Positions 9,169 through 19,662 are shown, counted from the first letter of the stretch. The stretch: 64,000 nt of DNA from Candidatus Sumerlaeaceae bacterium (GCA_051003195.1 JBPCLP010000047.1:1-64000); one strand, 5' to 3'. Program-made: numbers and translations. Notes: generated by a model from the sequence alone, not told the origin.

Positions 9169-10656
9169 ATGCGGTTTCTCAACCTTATACTATTCTCTGC
9201 ACTGCTTGCGGCCGACGCCTCCACAATCGCGGGCACCAGGCTTGAGACCATTGCGTTCCACAGCAGTGCCCTCGACAGGCAAACGACCTACATTGCGCTG
9301 CTTCCAGACCCACTGGCGCCCGGGCGAAAGTATCCTGTCCTTTACCTGCTGCACGGCGCATGGGGCAATTACCGCGACTGGTCGCAAAATACCTCCCTTA
9401 CGCAGCTGCTGAACGACAAACCAATGATCGTGGTTACGCCTGACGGCGGCCAGTTCGGCTGGTACGCCGACAGTCCCATTGAACCAAAATCTCGATACGA
9501 GTCATTCATCACACGCGACCTCATCGGCGAAGTGGATCAGCGTTTCCCCACCAGCGCCACCCGAACTGCACGGGCAATCGCGGGTCTAAGCATGGGTGGC
9601 CACGGCGCGCTTTCACTGGCCGCCAAACATCCGGAACTCTTCTCCTCGGCCTCCTCCCTCAGCGGAATACTCCGACTTCAAAACCATCCAGCCAAGTGGG
9701 AGATCGAAAAACGACTGGGAAAATATCCCGAAGCCCGGGCCGAGTGGTCGCGACACAGTGTTTATGACCTGGTCGACGAGTTTACAAGCGCCGGCATCGC
9801 TCTGCTGCTCGATTGCGGAACCAGTGACAGCGCCGGTGCAATTCCCGATAACCGACAGGTGCACGAGCGTCTCAGCAACCGCGGGATTCAGCACGTCTAC
9901 CACGAATTTCCAGGAACTCACGACTGGAAGTACTGGGGGGCAAACTTGCCTGAGCACCTGGATTTTCATCTGAAGAATTTCGACCAGCCGTTATCCACCA
10001 CCGCACCGCAAAAGCGCGACCATTATCGTGAGCGCACGCTGCTGTTTGAACAGGAGAACGCGCAGCGCTGGTCCAACGAGACCACCACACGTCCGATTGT
10101 ACTTCTCGGCAGCTCTTCCATGGAAATCATTAAGCCTGACCTGCTATTCCCCGGCATTGCGATGGCGAATCGCGGTATAGGTGGCGATCGAATCGGCCTG
10201 GGTGGCTACCGCGGGCTACTCCATCGGCTATATTCCGGCGTGTTCGATTGCCATCCCCGTGCGATCTTTATCCTGAACGGTACAAACGACCTCGCGCAAA
10301 CTGCGAAAGAGGGAAAGCCAACGGTCGAGGAAGTAGCGCAGTGTTTCGCCGAAGTAGTGCGCCGAATCCGCGAAGGCGTTCCGGACGCACACTTGTTCAT
10401 CGTTTCCTGTACGCCCACCCGCGATTCGCATGCAGCCAGTTCGCCCTATATCAAACAGTACAATGTGCAACTACAGCAACTCGCGGAGACATTGGCCGAT
10501 CCGCTCGTGCATTTTGTTGACACGTTCCACCACGTTGTCGGTGATGATGGGCTGCTGAAACCAGAATACACACGTGATGGATTGCACCTGAATCCCGCTG
10601 GATACCACTTCTTGAAGGCCGAATTCGCGCGCGCTTGCGTCACCCACCGCATCTAA
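9169..10656 (+). CDS. Secreted esterase: alpha/beta hydrolase fused to SGNH/GDSL hydrolase
   Basis: Signal peptide; YPVLYLLHG, GLSMGG, GTHDW; then LLGSSS, RGIGGD, GTND, DGLH. Confidence 0.85.
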   Translation: MRFLNLILFSALLAADASTIAGTRLETIAFHSSALDRQTTYIALLPDPLAPGRKYPVLYLLHGAWGNYRDWSQNTSLTQLLNDKPMIVVTPDGGQFGWYADSPIEPKSRYESFITRDLIGEVDQRFPTSATRTARAIAGLSMGGHGALSLAAKHPELFSSASSLSGILRLQNHPAKWEIEKRLGKYPEARAEWSRHSVYDLVDEFTSAGIALLLDCGTSDSAGAIPDNRQVHERLSNRGIQHVYHEFPGTHDWKYWGANLPEHLDFHLKNFDQPLSTTAPQKRDHYRERTLLFEQENAQRWSNETTTRPIVLLGSSSMEIIKPDLLFPGIAMANRGIGGDRIGLGGYRGLLHRLYSGVFDCHPRAIFILNGTNDLAQTAKEGKPTVEEVAQCFAEVVRRIREGVPDAHLFIVSCTPTRDSHAASSPYIKQYNVQLQQLAETLADPLVHFVDTFHHVVGDDGLLKPEYTRDGLHLNPAGYHFLKAEFARACVTHRI

Positions 10657-10702
10657 AAAAAACGACCCGCTTTCCGAATATTGGTTCGGAGAGCGGGCCG
10701 TG
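10656..10702. terminator. Probable bidirectional terminator between convergent genes
   Basis: A-tract + cgacccgctttccgaa..ttcggagagcgggccg hairpin. Confidence 0.6.
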
Positions 10703-10715
10703 TTCACTCAAATAC

Positions 10716-10961
10716 TTAGTGGATCATTACGACACCGGTTCCGAATGGCCGGAACGTGCGGAACGGAGCAACCGCTGGTGCTACCAGCGTGACCGGAGAA
10801 AACCTTACGACTGGTCCCTGGTTTATGACAGTTGGGGCGTAGTCATAACCTGCAGTGTAATGGGTCCTTACCGTATTGCAGGTTGTATGTCCAAAGCTCG
10901 TAGCCGCAAGAGTCATTGCCAGTGCCGTAGCGCCAGCCTTAGTTAGTGTTGTGATTTTCAT
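10716..10961 (-). CDS. Small secreted hypothetical protein
   Basis: AAAGGAG RBS; signal-like MKITTLTKAGATALAMTLAATSFG. Confidence 0.65.
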   Translation of the reverse strand: MKITTLTKAGATALAMTLAATSFGHTTCNTVRTHYTAGYDYAPTVINQGPVVRFSPVTLVAPAVAPFRTFRPFGTGVVMIH

Positions 10962-10999
10962 CTTTGTGTACTCCTTTCAAGAATCCTGACTGTTACTAG

Positions 11000-11015
11000 A
11001 GCAATCGTTGAGCCA
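11000..11015 (-). promoter_or_regulatory. Sigma54 promoter
   Basis: Minus strand TGGCTCAACGATTGCT: GG-N10-GC spacing exact, about 40 bp upstream of the 10961 start. Confidence 0.6.
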
Positions 11016-11239
11016 TAGTCTCCAATTCAAGACTTTGAGCTATTAAAGTTAACAAAATCAGTCATAAAGATGAGTGCGGGTCAATGCATTTCAGCAAAAA
11101 TCAGACTTGCGTGCCTGTGCGGAACAGTGGTAGTTGATCTACTTGATAGCAGAAGTGGGCAGAACGTACACGCAATGGCGAGCCCACCGGGATTTTAACC
11201 TCCCATATGCATTACAATTATTTATAGGGACTGTGGCTG

Positions 11240-13519
11240 ATGGCTACTGCTGAAGTTGAAGTTGCGAAACTAAGCGCTGGATTTCTGCAAAGCGCTTCAC
11301 AGGCCGAAACATTATGCGAGACGCTCGAAAAGGGGCAGGACGCCGCACTTTCCAAACTCTTCAAAACCATTCAGGAATCCTATAGTGCCGGGTTTCTTCC
11401 TGTCCTGGCTCTACCGCTATCCAGCGGGGTCCTTGAGCCCGCAGCTAAGTGGCTGCTTGGCGAAGATACGACGCCATTACTAAAGGGATGCCTCGAAAAA
11501 TTCGATGTTGTTGAGATCAAATTCAGCAAGGCCGGGTTTTCACTGCAGCACGGCGGTGAGGCTATTGAAGCTCTGACGGCCACAGAACTTCTTGAGCGCA
11601 TGCGAACCTCCAGTTGCGACGAGGCGAATCGAAAAGAGCTGCCCATACTCACCTTGCCGGCCAACGCCGCACTCGTTGACGTTGCGGTCTACCTGCCGCG
11701 AGACCTTAGCGTCCTGCGTGAGCAGTCGTCCATCATGCTGCGGTTACTCTCGCGCTGCAGTTTTGCCGTGTTCACTGCCGGCAGTTCGTACACGGTCACT
11801 GAATCCGATTCCGCATTTCTCGCGGAAGTATTGCCCAGCTTCGAAGCCATTGCGCCTATCGTAATTGAAGAAGAGCAGGAGATGCCCGCCTTACCCTGGT
11901 GGCGCGCCGGCTCACTGCCGGGTAATCCTGTCATGTTGCCGGAGATAATTTTGCCACGTCCGCAGCCACCGGTCGTGAACGAGGAAGGAGTTCTACAGGA
12001 ACCTCCGTCGCCGCCAACGATTCCTGATGTCCTGACTAATCCCGCAAACGCCTGCCGTCAGACGCTGCAGGTCATTACCCACGCACGCAAGCTGGGCTCC
12101 GCAGTCGAAGCTGCGGGACCGCGGTGCGAAACTGAACTGAAGAAGCTTCTTACCACTCAGATCCCGCTGGCACAAAAGGATAAAGAACTCGAAGCACAGG
12201 CAAAATCCAAGGACACCAAAGCCGAACTCGACGCAATCAAGAACCTGCTCGACGAGGAGCTCGGCGACATACAGGCGTTCGTTGAAGACACGAATCTACG
12301 GCTGACGCAACGGCGTGGCAAGTTCGTAACCGGCGTGCGTGACCTGGTCGAAAGTGTCAGCGAAGATGATTTCGAAGACATTCAAGGTGTCAAAACCATC
12401 CGTAAGGCGCTCACCCAGGATTTTGTCGATCGGATGCTGAGTGTCGTCTCCCGCGATGTGCGGGAACAGCTAAAGAGTGACTGTACAGAGGTCACCAAAC
12501 GGATTAAAGATCTCAACGACGAACTCGACGAGATTCTCACGCGAATTCGTGGTTCGAAGGCACATCTCGAGCTACCAGTGCCCGATGAAAAAATCATCTG
12601 GCACTTCATGAAAAACGAAATCTGCATTACCGCGCGCTGCGAAGTCGAGCGCCCTAAGAAGGGTCTTCTTACTATTATAGCCGCCGGCAGAAAAATGCTG
12701 ATGCCCATTTTCATGACGCTCGGCATGGTGGGTTTTGGCAGCGTACGCAAAAGTATGCAACAAGACAGGTGGCAAATGATCCTTTTGGTCGTTGGCGCCT
12801 GCACCTATGCATACTTCGAGGCCAAAAGCGAGCAACAGGAAAAGTTCGAGAAAGAACTCGAGAAAATAAAAGATACGCTCAGCAACGAAACCGGCAAAAT
12901 CATCAATGATGTGCAGAAGGAAAAGGTTTCACGAATCATCACCTACCTGAACATGATAAAAAAATCAACGCTCAAACGTGTCGATGAGCAGGTTAAGCTG
13001 TTCACGGATGCGCGCGTTCAAGTCATGGACCGCGAAAAAGCGAACGTGAAGAACAAGCTGAAGTCGCTCGATACCCGTATTAAGGAACTGCAGGATTTCA
13101 CCAAGCAGATGGAAAAGTTGCAGACTTCTGCCCGCGACCTCGAAACCAACGGGCGCAAGCTGCTCGTGGAAGCGGCTAAAGGCCCCGCGCCAGCCGCCCC
13201 TGGCAGGCCCGCTGCAGCACCTTCGTCGCGTGTCAGCGCAACCGCTGCGGCGGCTGCGCCTGCCGCTCCACGCGTCAGTCGGGTCGCCGACGCAGTCGCA
13301 GCCGCAGTTCCGGCTGCTGCAGTTGCCGCGGCGGAAGCAGCGCCCGCGGCCGCCGCTGCTGGAGCTTCCCGCATACCCGAAATAGTTCGCCCTGAGCGGC
13401 CGCCACGCGAGCCGCGTCCTGAGCGCACACCGCGCGAGCCGAAGGAGAAGAAGGAGGAAGCACCAAAAGAATCTGCCTCCTCACGCATGGCAGCCCTGCG
13501 CGCGAGCCTCAAGAAGTGA
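11240..13519 (+). CDS. Bacterial dynamin-like protein with degenerate GTPase motifs; coiled coil, TM hairpin, Ala/Pro-rich tail
   Basis: VLALPLSSGVLEPAAKWLLGED aligns by eye to the dynamin-like G1 region (VGEFSSGKSTLINALLGED); AVFTAGSSYTVTESDSAFL matches the xLTESE/DxxFL region; long helical stalk; two hydrophobic helices at about 12695-12817. Confidence 0.55.
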   Translation: MATAEVEVAKLSAGFLQSASQAETLCETLEKGQDAALSKLFKTIQESYSAGFLPVLALPLSSGVLEPAAKWLLGEDTTPLLKGCLEKFDVVEIKFSKAGFSLQHGGEAIEALTATELLERMRTSSCDEANRKELPILTLPANAALVDVAVYLPRDLSVLREQSSIMLRLLSRCSFAVFTAGSSYTVTESDSAFLAEVLPSFEAIAPIVIEEEQEMPALPWWRAGSLPGNPVMLPEIILPRPQPPVVNEEGVLQEPPSPPTIPDVLTNPANACRQTLQVITHARKLGSAVEAAGPRCETELKKLLTTQIPLAQKDKELEAQAKSKDTKAELDAIKNLLDEELGDIQAFVEDTNLRLTQRRGKFVTGVRDLVESVSEDDFEDIQGVKTIRKALTQDFVDRMLSVVSRDVREQLKSDCTEVTKRIKDLNDELDEILTRIRGSKAHLELPVPDEKIIWHFMKNEICITARCEVERPKKGLLTIIAAGRKMLMPIFMTLGMVGFGSVRKSMQQDRWQMILLVVGACTYAYFEAKSEQQEKFEKELEKIKDTLSNETGKIINDVQKEKVSRIITYLNMIKKSTLKRVDEQVKLFTDARVQVMDREKANVKNKLKSLDTRIKELQDFTKQMEKLQTSARDLETNGRKLLVEAAKGPAPAAPGRPAAAPSSRVSATAAAAAPAAPRVSRVADAVAAAVPAAAVAAAEAAPAAAAAGASRIPEIVRPERPPREPRPERTPREPKEKKEEAPKESASSRMAALRASLKK

Positions 13520-15054
13520 TCCATGTTGGAATCGATCTTGGAACCACCTATTCCAAAATAAGTCATGTTGGGGTTACCGGGACACCCTCACTCTTTCCGG
13601 ACGCTACAGACTCCAGTGCATTCCAGACGCCGTCCGTTGCCTTCATTGATTCAAAAGGCTGCCTGGTCGGCAACGTGGTCGAGAGCCTGCTCGAGGATAA
13701 TCCAGACCTGCCGATCGTTCGCTTCGTAAAGCTGAAGATGGGAACTAATGAACCCGTCTATTACGATGACAAATCCCGCCCTTGGAGTCCCCAGGCTGTC
13801 TCCGCACTCATCCTGAAAAAGCTGAAGCAGGACGCAGAGGCGTTTGCGTACGAGGATGTGGGCAGCGCCGTCATCACCGTGCCGGCGCAGTTTGGCCACA
13901 ACGAGCGTCGGGCGACTCGAGACGCAGGATTATTGGCCGGCATGCAAGTCAGCCAGATCGTGGAAGAACCGGTAGCCGCAGCCACCTTCTACGGTATCTG
14001 TTCCGCTCAAAAGGAACAGACGGTATTTGTCTACGATCTGGGCGGCGGAACCTTCGATGCCAGCATCCTGCGGTGCACGCCGACCGGCCTGTTCGTGCTC
14101 GCGACCGAAGGTTCGCGCACCATTGGTGGAAAGTGGTTTGACGAAGTAATCATGGGCGTCGCCGCCGAAGAGTTTCAGAGGGTCAACGGATTCGATCCTC
14201 GAAACGATCGTCGAGCCGAGTCCATTCTCCGCCGCGTCGCCCACGACGCAAAAATTAAACTTTCAATGCCCGGAAAAACGCAGGTTCAGCAGACCGTTGT
14301 ACTCTCTGGTAAAACGAGCGAATTCCTGCTGACGCGCTCTGAGTTCGAGCGGCTGATTTCGGTGCTGTTGAATACCACTGTGGAAATTTGCACGAGGTGC
14401 CTGGAATCGGCCAAACTCACCTGGAAAGACATTGATCGTGTCCTGGTGGTTGGAGGTTCCACACTCGTTCCTATGGTGCAGCAGCGTATACAGCGCGAAA
14501 GTGGTAAACAAGGCGACCAGTTCGTCCAGCGGCAGCCGCACCAGGCTATCGCCTTTGGCGCAGCTCATCTCGCACAGACCAAAACCGGTGAAGGGCATGC
14601 CGAAGCACCAAAGCTGATACACCAGATCGCACCTTATCACCTGGGAATACGCGTGCGCGACCCCCAGACGGGCGGAGCCCGCGTTCAGGTGCTTGTACCC
14701 CGCAATGCGCCCTTGCCCGCCGAGCGCAAAGTCGTTTTCCAGACATCCAGGGCTGACCAGGTGCGCATGATGTTTGAATTCGTTCAGACCAAGGGCGATG
14801 AGGGGAGTAGTCTCAGCCTTGGGCACTTCGCATTTGGCCCAATTGCTGCCCCACGCATGGCCTATCCTATAGAGGTCACCGCGGCATACGATGAGCAGGG
14901 AATCGTAAAGATTACGGCGCGCGACGAGTCTGGCCATGAAATGCAGCGCCTGCTGGCGCAGGGCGATGAAAACTACACTGGCGGCTTTTATACAAACCGG
15001 ATGCTTGTTGCAGATTCAACGGTCAATAAACTCGAAGACAGTTTCCTGCGATAA
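13516..15054 (+). CDS. Hsp70/DnaK-family protein, specialised and lacking the C-terminal lid
   Basis: GIDLGTT, ITVPAQF, EEPVAAA, YDLGGGTFD, VGGSTLVP; 512 aa; GTG overlaps upstream TGA (GTGA). Confidence 0.92.
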   Translation: MIHVGIDLGTTYSKISHVGVTGTPSLFPDATDSSAFQTPSVAFIDSKGCLVGNVVESLLEDNPDLPIVRFVKLKMGTNEPVYYDDKSRPWSPQAVSALILKKLKQDAEAFAYEDVGSAVITVPAQFGHNERRATRDAGLLAGMQVSQIVEEPVAAATFYGICSAQKEQTVFVYDLGGGTFDASILRCTPTGLFVLATEGSRTIGGKWFDEVIMGVAAEEFQRVNGFDPRNDRRAESILRRVAHDAKIKLSMPGKTQVQQTVVLSGKTSEFLLTRSEFERLISVLLNTTVEICTRCLESAKLTWKDIDRVLVVGGSTLVPMVQQRIQRESGKQGDQFVQRQPHQAIAFGAAHLAQTKTGEGHAEAPKLIHQIAPYHLGIRVRDPQTGGARVQVLVPRNAPLPAERKVVFQTSRADQVRMMFEFVQTKGDEGSSLSLGHFAFGPIAAPRMAYPIEVTAAYDEQGIVKITARDESGHEMQRLLAQGDENYTGGFYTNRMLVADSTVNKLEDSFLR

Positions 15055-15096
15055 CACCGACGGCCGGTTAACCAGGCGCTGGACGTCAGCCCTGTC

Positions 15097-15459
15097 CTAA
15101 TTCAGCAGTTCACTCAGTTCCATCTGCAGTTCGGCCATCGCTGTTTCGATAACCAGCGCGTCATCAATATGCCCGGCCGGGTGCGAGTCTTCCACAAGAT
15201 CGTCCTCACGCAGGAAATAGCTCATTGCGGCCATCGTCACCTGCTGTTGGCGCGTGTTCAATTGATCGGCATAGCCCCACAACCGGCGCAACTTTGTCAG
15301 CTGCTCATGGAGTTGTTTTGCAAGCCGGTCCGACGCAGGTATTTCGCTCCCGTGTTTAGCGTCAAAAAGACGTACAATTTCCGCAAAATCCTGACCCCTT
15401 AGATGCAGAATTTCGGCTTCCAGCAGCTGACGGTGGTGGTCAGGCACAGATCCGTTCAT
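15097..15459 (-). CDS. DUF1232/YkvA family protein
   Basis: AAMSYFLREDDLVEDSHPAGHIDDALVI matches YFxxxxDLIPD..G.xDD. Confidence 0.7.
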   Translation of the reverse strand: MNGSVPDHHRQLLEAEILHLRGQDFAEIVRLFDAKHGSEIPASDRLAKQLHEQLTKLRRLWGYADQLNTRQQQVTMAAMSYFLREDDLVEDSHPAGHIDDALVIETAMAELQMELSELLN

Positions 15460-15724
15460 ATCGTAAATCCAGTCTAATTAGTTATTAAGTTGTTCGTCCC
15501 GGCGAGACAGGGCTGCAAAACCTGTTCGACGTTACAACTTGGCTATAGACGGGATAGGGTATACCGAAATATTTTTTCAATTTCAAGAAGAAAGATTTGA
15601 CTTGGGACGATTTGAGGTACTTAGATTCTATCTAACGCCGTGAATAACGACGTAATCTCGAACCCCGGGCCTGGTTTTCCAGGTCACCGTCGTTCGAAAA
15701 GTCATTACGATGAGAGGAGAACCT

Positions 15725-16618
15725 GTGGCGGACGAAAGTATCAATGACCTTATTGATCAGAACACTGCCGCGGCAACTGTATTGTCGACGCATGCTGATC
15801 ATGTCGACGAGGTGAGTGACGATTTGCGTGAATTCGCGGAGAAGCTTAGCACCGCGATGACCGACCTCACCAAGCGAGCCGAAGAAAGCCTTACCGAAGG
15901 CGCCAATCAATTGTCTCAGCTGGAGGATAAAATCGAGACGAGCGTAGACGAACTGAAGGCTCAGTTCGATGCTCTACTCGAGCACCTTGGCACATTAGAC
16001 GAAAAGGTGGATGCGCTGGCAGACACCGTTGAAGAACAGGTTGATCTGATCAGTGCTGCGGTTGAAGGCGTTCTTGCCCAGGTGCCCCCGCAGATTGAAG
16101 CAGCCCAGGACCAGCTCGAGAAAATCACAGACCAGGCGAACACTTTCGCCGAGGCCGTCGAAAATCAGCTGGAGGCTGCGTCGGATACCATTGATGTTCT
16201 TAAAGGCGCCGTCGATGCCGCGCAAAGCGCTTTCGATGAGCAGCGCGAAAATCTGGAAACACAATTCGAAAGCTTTGAAAAAGCGGTCGAAGATAAGATC
16301 ACTGAGCAGGCCGACAAATTCGTCGAACTCGCGGGTGATAGCCTCAGCAAACTTGCCGATGTCGCAGGTGCCCTTGAAGGCCAGGCCGGAGATATCCTCG
16401 AGAAGCTCGCCAGTAAATTCGTCGAGGAAATCGTCGAGGCTGTCGGCGGTTCAACCGACGGCGTTCTTGGCGGGCTGGGCGAGTTGCAGGAGTTCGCCGG
16501 GACAGTGCAGGACATTGTCGGCGACAAGATTGGCGACGTTGTCGAAAAAATCGAGGGCGTTGTCGAGATTATCGAAGCCATCAAGCCCGTTCTCGAACTC
16601 ATCGACGCACTAACCTGA
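15725..16618 (+). CDS. Acidic all-helical (apolipoprotein-like) protein 1
   Basis: GTG after GAGGAG RBS (ORF track start 15710); D/E-rich amphipathic helices, no signal peptide. Confidence 0.85.
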   Translation: MADESINDLIDQNTAAATVLSTHADHVDEVSDDLREFAEKLSTAMTDLTKRAEESLTEGANQLSQLEDKIETSVDELKAQFDALLEHLGTLDEKVDALADTVEEQVDLISAAVEGVLAQVPPQIEAAQDQLEKITDQANTFAEAVENQLEAASDTIDVLKGAVDAAQSAFDEQRENLETQFESFEKAVEDKITEQADKFVELAGDSLSKLADVAGALEGQAGDILEKLASKFVEEIVEAVGGSTDGVLGGLGELQEFAGTVQDIVGDKIGDVVEKIEGVVEIIEAIKPVLELIDALT

Positions 16619-16665
16619 GCAAATAGCTGCTGAATACCACCCCTACTTAAAGCGCGAGGAACAGC

Positions 16666-17655
16666 ATGGCACCTAAAGAAGGATCAATGGATGCAGCGAT
16701 TTCCAATCTAAAGGAAATCCTTGCAGCAATAAATGACGCAAATCTCCGGCTGGAAACAATGTGCGGAGAAGTCGAAGGCGGTAATGAAGCACGTACCGCA
16801 TTGCTCGAAGAAATTGAAGGCGATTGGGAAGACCTCATCAAAGCTGCCGACAACTTCCATGAAGGTTTGGAAGAAGGCGCCAACGAGGCCGATGAGAAGT
16901 ACGATGAAGTCACGGGAGCTGTCACAGGCACCTTTGATACACTCGAGGAGTGCACCTCCTCGATCGATGGAGTAAACGACGCTCTGCCGGATGCCATTGG
17001 CGAAGTAAAATCGGCTGTCGATGATATGCTTGCCGAGATGCAGGATGCCTACACCGAGATTACGGAAGAGATGGGCGAAGTCGTCGAGAGCATGCAGGAA
17101 GCAACAGACGCGGTCGAAGAGGCTTTCGATGCTATCGGTGACGCATTGGGGGATCTGAAGGAAAAGGTCTCCAACTTCATGGACGAGACTGTTTCCGACT
17201 TCACCGACGCGGCAACGGAGATTGGTGAAAACCTGCTGGAGAGCGCAGAGACGGCTTTTGAAAACGTGGCAGGCAAAGTTGGTGACGATCTCGTACCGGC
17301 ACTTCTCGACGGTCTTGGAGAAATTGGCGGAGCTTGCGAGGAGCTGTTTAACAACTTCCTCGAAATGGGCGAAAAAATCGGCGAAGAGCTGCTGAGTTCC
17401 GGCGAGCAGATCCTTACCGATCTGGTCGAAACCGTCAAAGACGAGATCATGGAGGCCCTTAAAGAGGCCTTCGAGAAAATGATCGAAGAAGTGGTCACCG
17501 CCATCGTCGAGGAAATTGCTGAAAACTCAATCATCCTCGCCGTCGGCTCCGCATGCACAGGCGTGCTGGCCCCTTATATACCGGTCCTGGCAGTCGCGGA
17601 GAAGATTCTCGAAGCATTCAATCTTATCCTCGAAGCACTATCCTTCGGTATGTGA
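16666..17655 (+). CDS. Acidic all-helical protein 2 with hydrophobic C-terminal segment
   Basis: GAGGA RBS; ends IILAVGSACTGVLAPYIPVLAVAEKILEAFNLILEALSFGM. Confidence 0.85.
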   Translation: MAPKEGSMDAAISNLKEILAAINDANLRLETMCGEVEGGNEARTALLEEIEGDWEDLIKAADNFHEGLEEGANEADEKYDEVTGAVTGTFDTLEECTSSIDGVNDALPDAIGEVKSAVDDMLAEMQDAYTEITEEMGEVVESMQEATDAVEEAFDAIGDALGDLKEKVSNFMDETVSDFTDAATEIGENLLESAETAFENVAGKVGDDLVPALLDGLGEIGGACEELFNNFLEMGEKIGEELLSSGEQILTDLVETVKDEIMEALKEAFEKMIEEVVTAIVEEIAENSIILAVGSACTGVLAPYIPVLAVAEKILEAFNLILEALSFGM

Positions 17656-17706
17656 TGAGAAACTCCAACTTACAGCAAGTTAGCAGGCTAACGAAAGGCA
17701 TTACGC

Positions 17707-18633
17707 ATGAATGAGCGTGCATCACAAATAAAACAGTTCGCGGTGGATACGCCCGGCCGCTTGGCGGCACTCGTTGAAGAGGCCGAGGATATCCAGGAGA
17801 AGGGGCAGCTCGTCGCTTCCATTCTTCAGGAGAAGGAAGATCGCCTCAATGAATCGCTGCAGCAGATCGAGTCCGCATTGGACGATCTGAAGAATGAATC
17901 TGCCCAGCAGCAGCAGGACATTGAGGCCAAGATCCAGCAGATTGAAGACGCCATCGAAGCGACGACGAAAGTCGTCACCGAAGGCCAGGAAGAACTCGTG
18001 GAGGCTCTCAAGGCCACAGCCGAGGCCCTCGAAGGCATGAAGGACAAGCTCGAGAAGGGCAAGGATGGTCTGGAAACATTGATCGGCGAGGTCAAAGAAA
18101 CCTTCGACGGATTGAAAGAGCAGATCAAGACCGGCCAGGGCGAGATTGTCGACGCAATCGACGAAGCCGGTAATGAAGTCGATAGTCTTCAGAAGAAGAT
18201 CGACGAGGCGCTCAATAGCACCAAGGAACATACCGGAAAACTCGGTCAGTCCCTGGAAGATGCTTCTGAGGAAATCACGTCGAAGATGGACGAACTGAAG
18301 CAGGACCTCGAAGGCTACAAAGATCAGCTTGTGGACCTGATTGGCGACGTTTCGGATAACGTAATCGGGCAGCCCATCGAAGACCTGCTTAACGATATCG
18401 AGCAGAGAATAGCGGACGCTCTCAAGCAGTTGATCCACGAGGCGATCGAGAAGGTCACCGACATGCTCGGCCAGCTCGACGACAAGGTTACCGGTTCAAC
18501 CGATGAATCCTCGTCCAAGCGCGAACTTATCGAACCGCTGATCGACGCTCTCAAGGAGATCATTGATCCGTTACTCGACGCCTTGTCTGCAGCCCAGGAA
18601 GCGACAGGCAAGTTCGGCCTTAGCTGGGACTAA
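17707..18633 (+). CDS. Acidic all-helical protein 3
   Basis: E/D/K/Q-rich continuous coiled coil, amphipathic C-terminus. Confidence 0.85.
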   Translation: MNERASQIKQFAVDTPGRLAALVEEAEDIQEKGQLVASILQEKEDRLNESLQQIESALDDLKNESAQQQQDIEAKIQQIEDAIEATTKVVTEGQEELVEALKATAEALEGMKDKLEKGKDGLETLIGEVKETFDGLKEQIKTGQGEIVDAIDEAGNEVDSLQKKIDEALNSTKEHTGKLGQSLEDASEEITSKMDELKQDLEGYKDQLVDLIGDVSDNVIGQPIEDLLNDIEQRIADALKQLIHEAIEKVTDMLGQLDDKVTGSTDESSSKRELIEPLIDALKEIIDPLLDALSAAQEATGKFGLSWD

Positions 18634-18697
18634 TCGGTAGTTCCGAGTACCTTAACTAAACAACGATACACGCGAACAGCATTAAAGGAGAGCAACC

Positions 18698-19600
18698 GTG
18701 GCAGAAAATGAATTCGAGGAGATCGCGATACTTTGCGTCGATAAACTCGAAGCTTACCAGGAAAAGGCCGAAGCGATCCGTGCGGAGCTCGACGCTGCCG
18801 GCAACCAGGTTTCCGAGGCAGGTCAGCACCTGAACGACCAGTGGGAAACGCTGCATACTTCGGCGGACGAACTGCTGGCAAAGGTGAACGATCTGCGGGG
18901 CGAGCAGGACGAAACCTACACCAAGGTAGAGGAAACGCTGGACCAGCTGCTGGAGAAGGTGGAAAAGCTGCAGGAAAAGGCTGAAAAGCAACTCGAGGAC
19001 GTCAATGGCGGTGTCACCGGTTACAATGACAAGATGACGGAGCTGATTGACGAAGTCGAGAGCGCGGTCGAGGAAACTTCCAACAAGCTTACGTCCTTAA
19101 AAGACAAGGCCGAAGAGGTTGAAGGCAAGTTCGAGTCAGCCTTGCAGGAAAGTGTCTCAAAGACCGAGGAAGCCGTCGGCGAAGTAAAAGAACACCTCGA
19201 GAAGGTCGGCGAGAAGATGGAAGCAATGGTGGAACACGTGGAAGACGCCGTTTCAAAAGTCGGTGACCACGTGACGGAATTCGCCGATAAGATGACTGAG
19301 CTTGCTGGCAACGCTGAGGAGAAGCTCGAGGAGATCGGCAAGAACGCCAAGGAACAGGCAACGAACGCCATCGAGGAAACCAAAGAGAAAATTACCGGTT
19401 TCATCGAGAAGATGGAAGAGCTCGGCGAGACGTTGTCAGGCGCGGCGGAGGACATCACCAAGGTGCTGGAGACAACCGGTGATACCTTTGGAGCCTGCTT
19501 CAGCACTCTCAGCGAGGGCGTCGATGCAGCTAATGCCGGGCTTAACTCTGCCATCGGCATCCTGGATGAATTCAAGAAGTTGCTTGAAAAGTTCATGTGA
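18698..19600 (+). CDS. Acidic all-helical protein 4
   Basis: AAAGGAG RBS + GTG; E/K-rich amphipathic repeats. Confidence 0.85.
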   Translation: MAENEFEEIAILCVDKLEAYQEKAEAIRAELDAAGNQVSEAGQHLNDQWETLHTSADELLAKVNDLRGEQDETYTKVEETLDQLLEKVEKLQEKAEKQLEDVNGGVTGYNDKMTELIDEVESAVEETSNKLTSLKDKAEEVEGKFESALQESVSKTEEAVGEVKEHLEKVGEKMEAMVEHVEDAVSKVGDHVTEFADKMTELAGNAEEKLEEIGKNAKEQATNAIEETKEKITGFIEKMEELGETLSGAAEDITKVLETTGDTFGACFSTLSEGVDAANAGLNSAIGILDEFKKLLEKFM

Positions 19601-19627
19601 GAATTACTTGGTAGCACGTTTCAGCAT

Positions 19628-19662
19628 AGTGGGGCAGCTCCTTGCGAGCTGTCCCACTTTTT
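19628..19662 (+). terminator. Rho-independent terminator closing the four-gene acidic-helical operon
   Basis: agtggggcagctc-cttgc-gagctgtcccact followed by T-tract. Confidence 0.85.

Noticed and set aside
13516..15054. Housekeeping dnaK
   Set aside because: Only 512 aa, no lid, divergent linker, no grpE/dnaJ adjacent; treated as a specialised Hsp70 without a gene symbol
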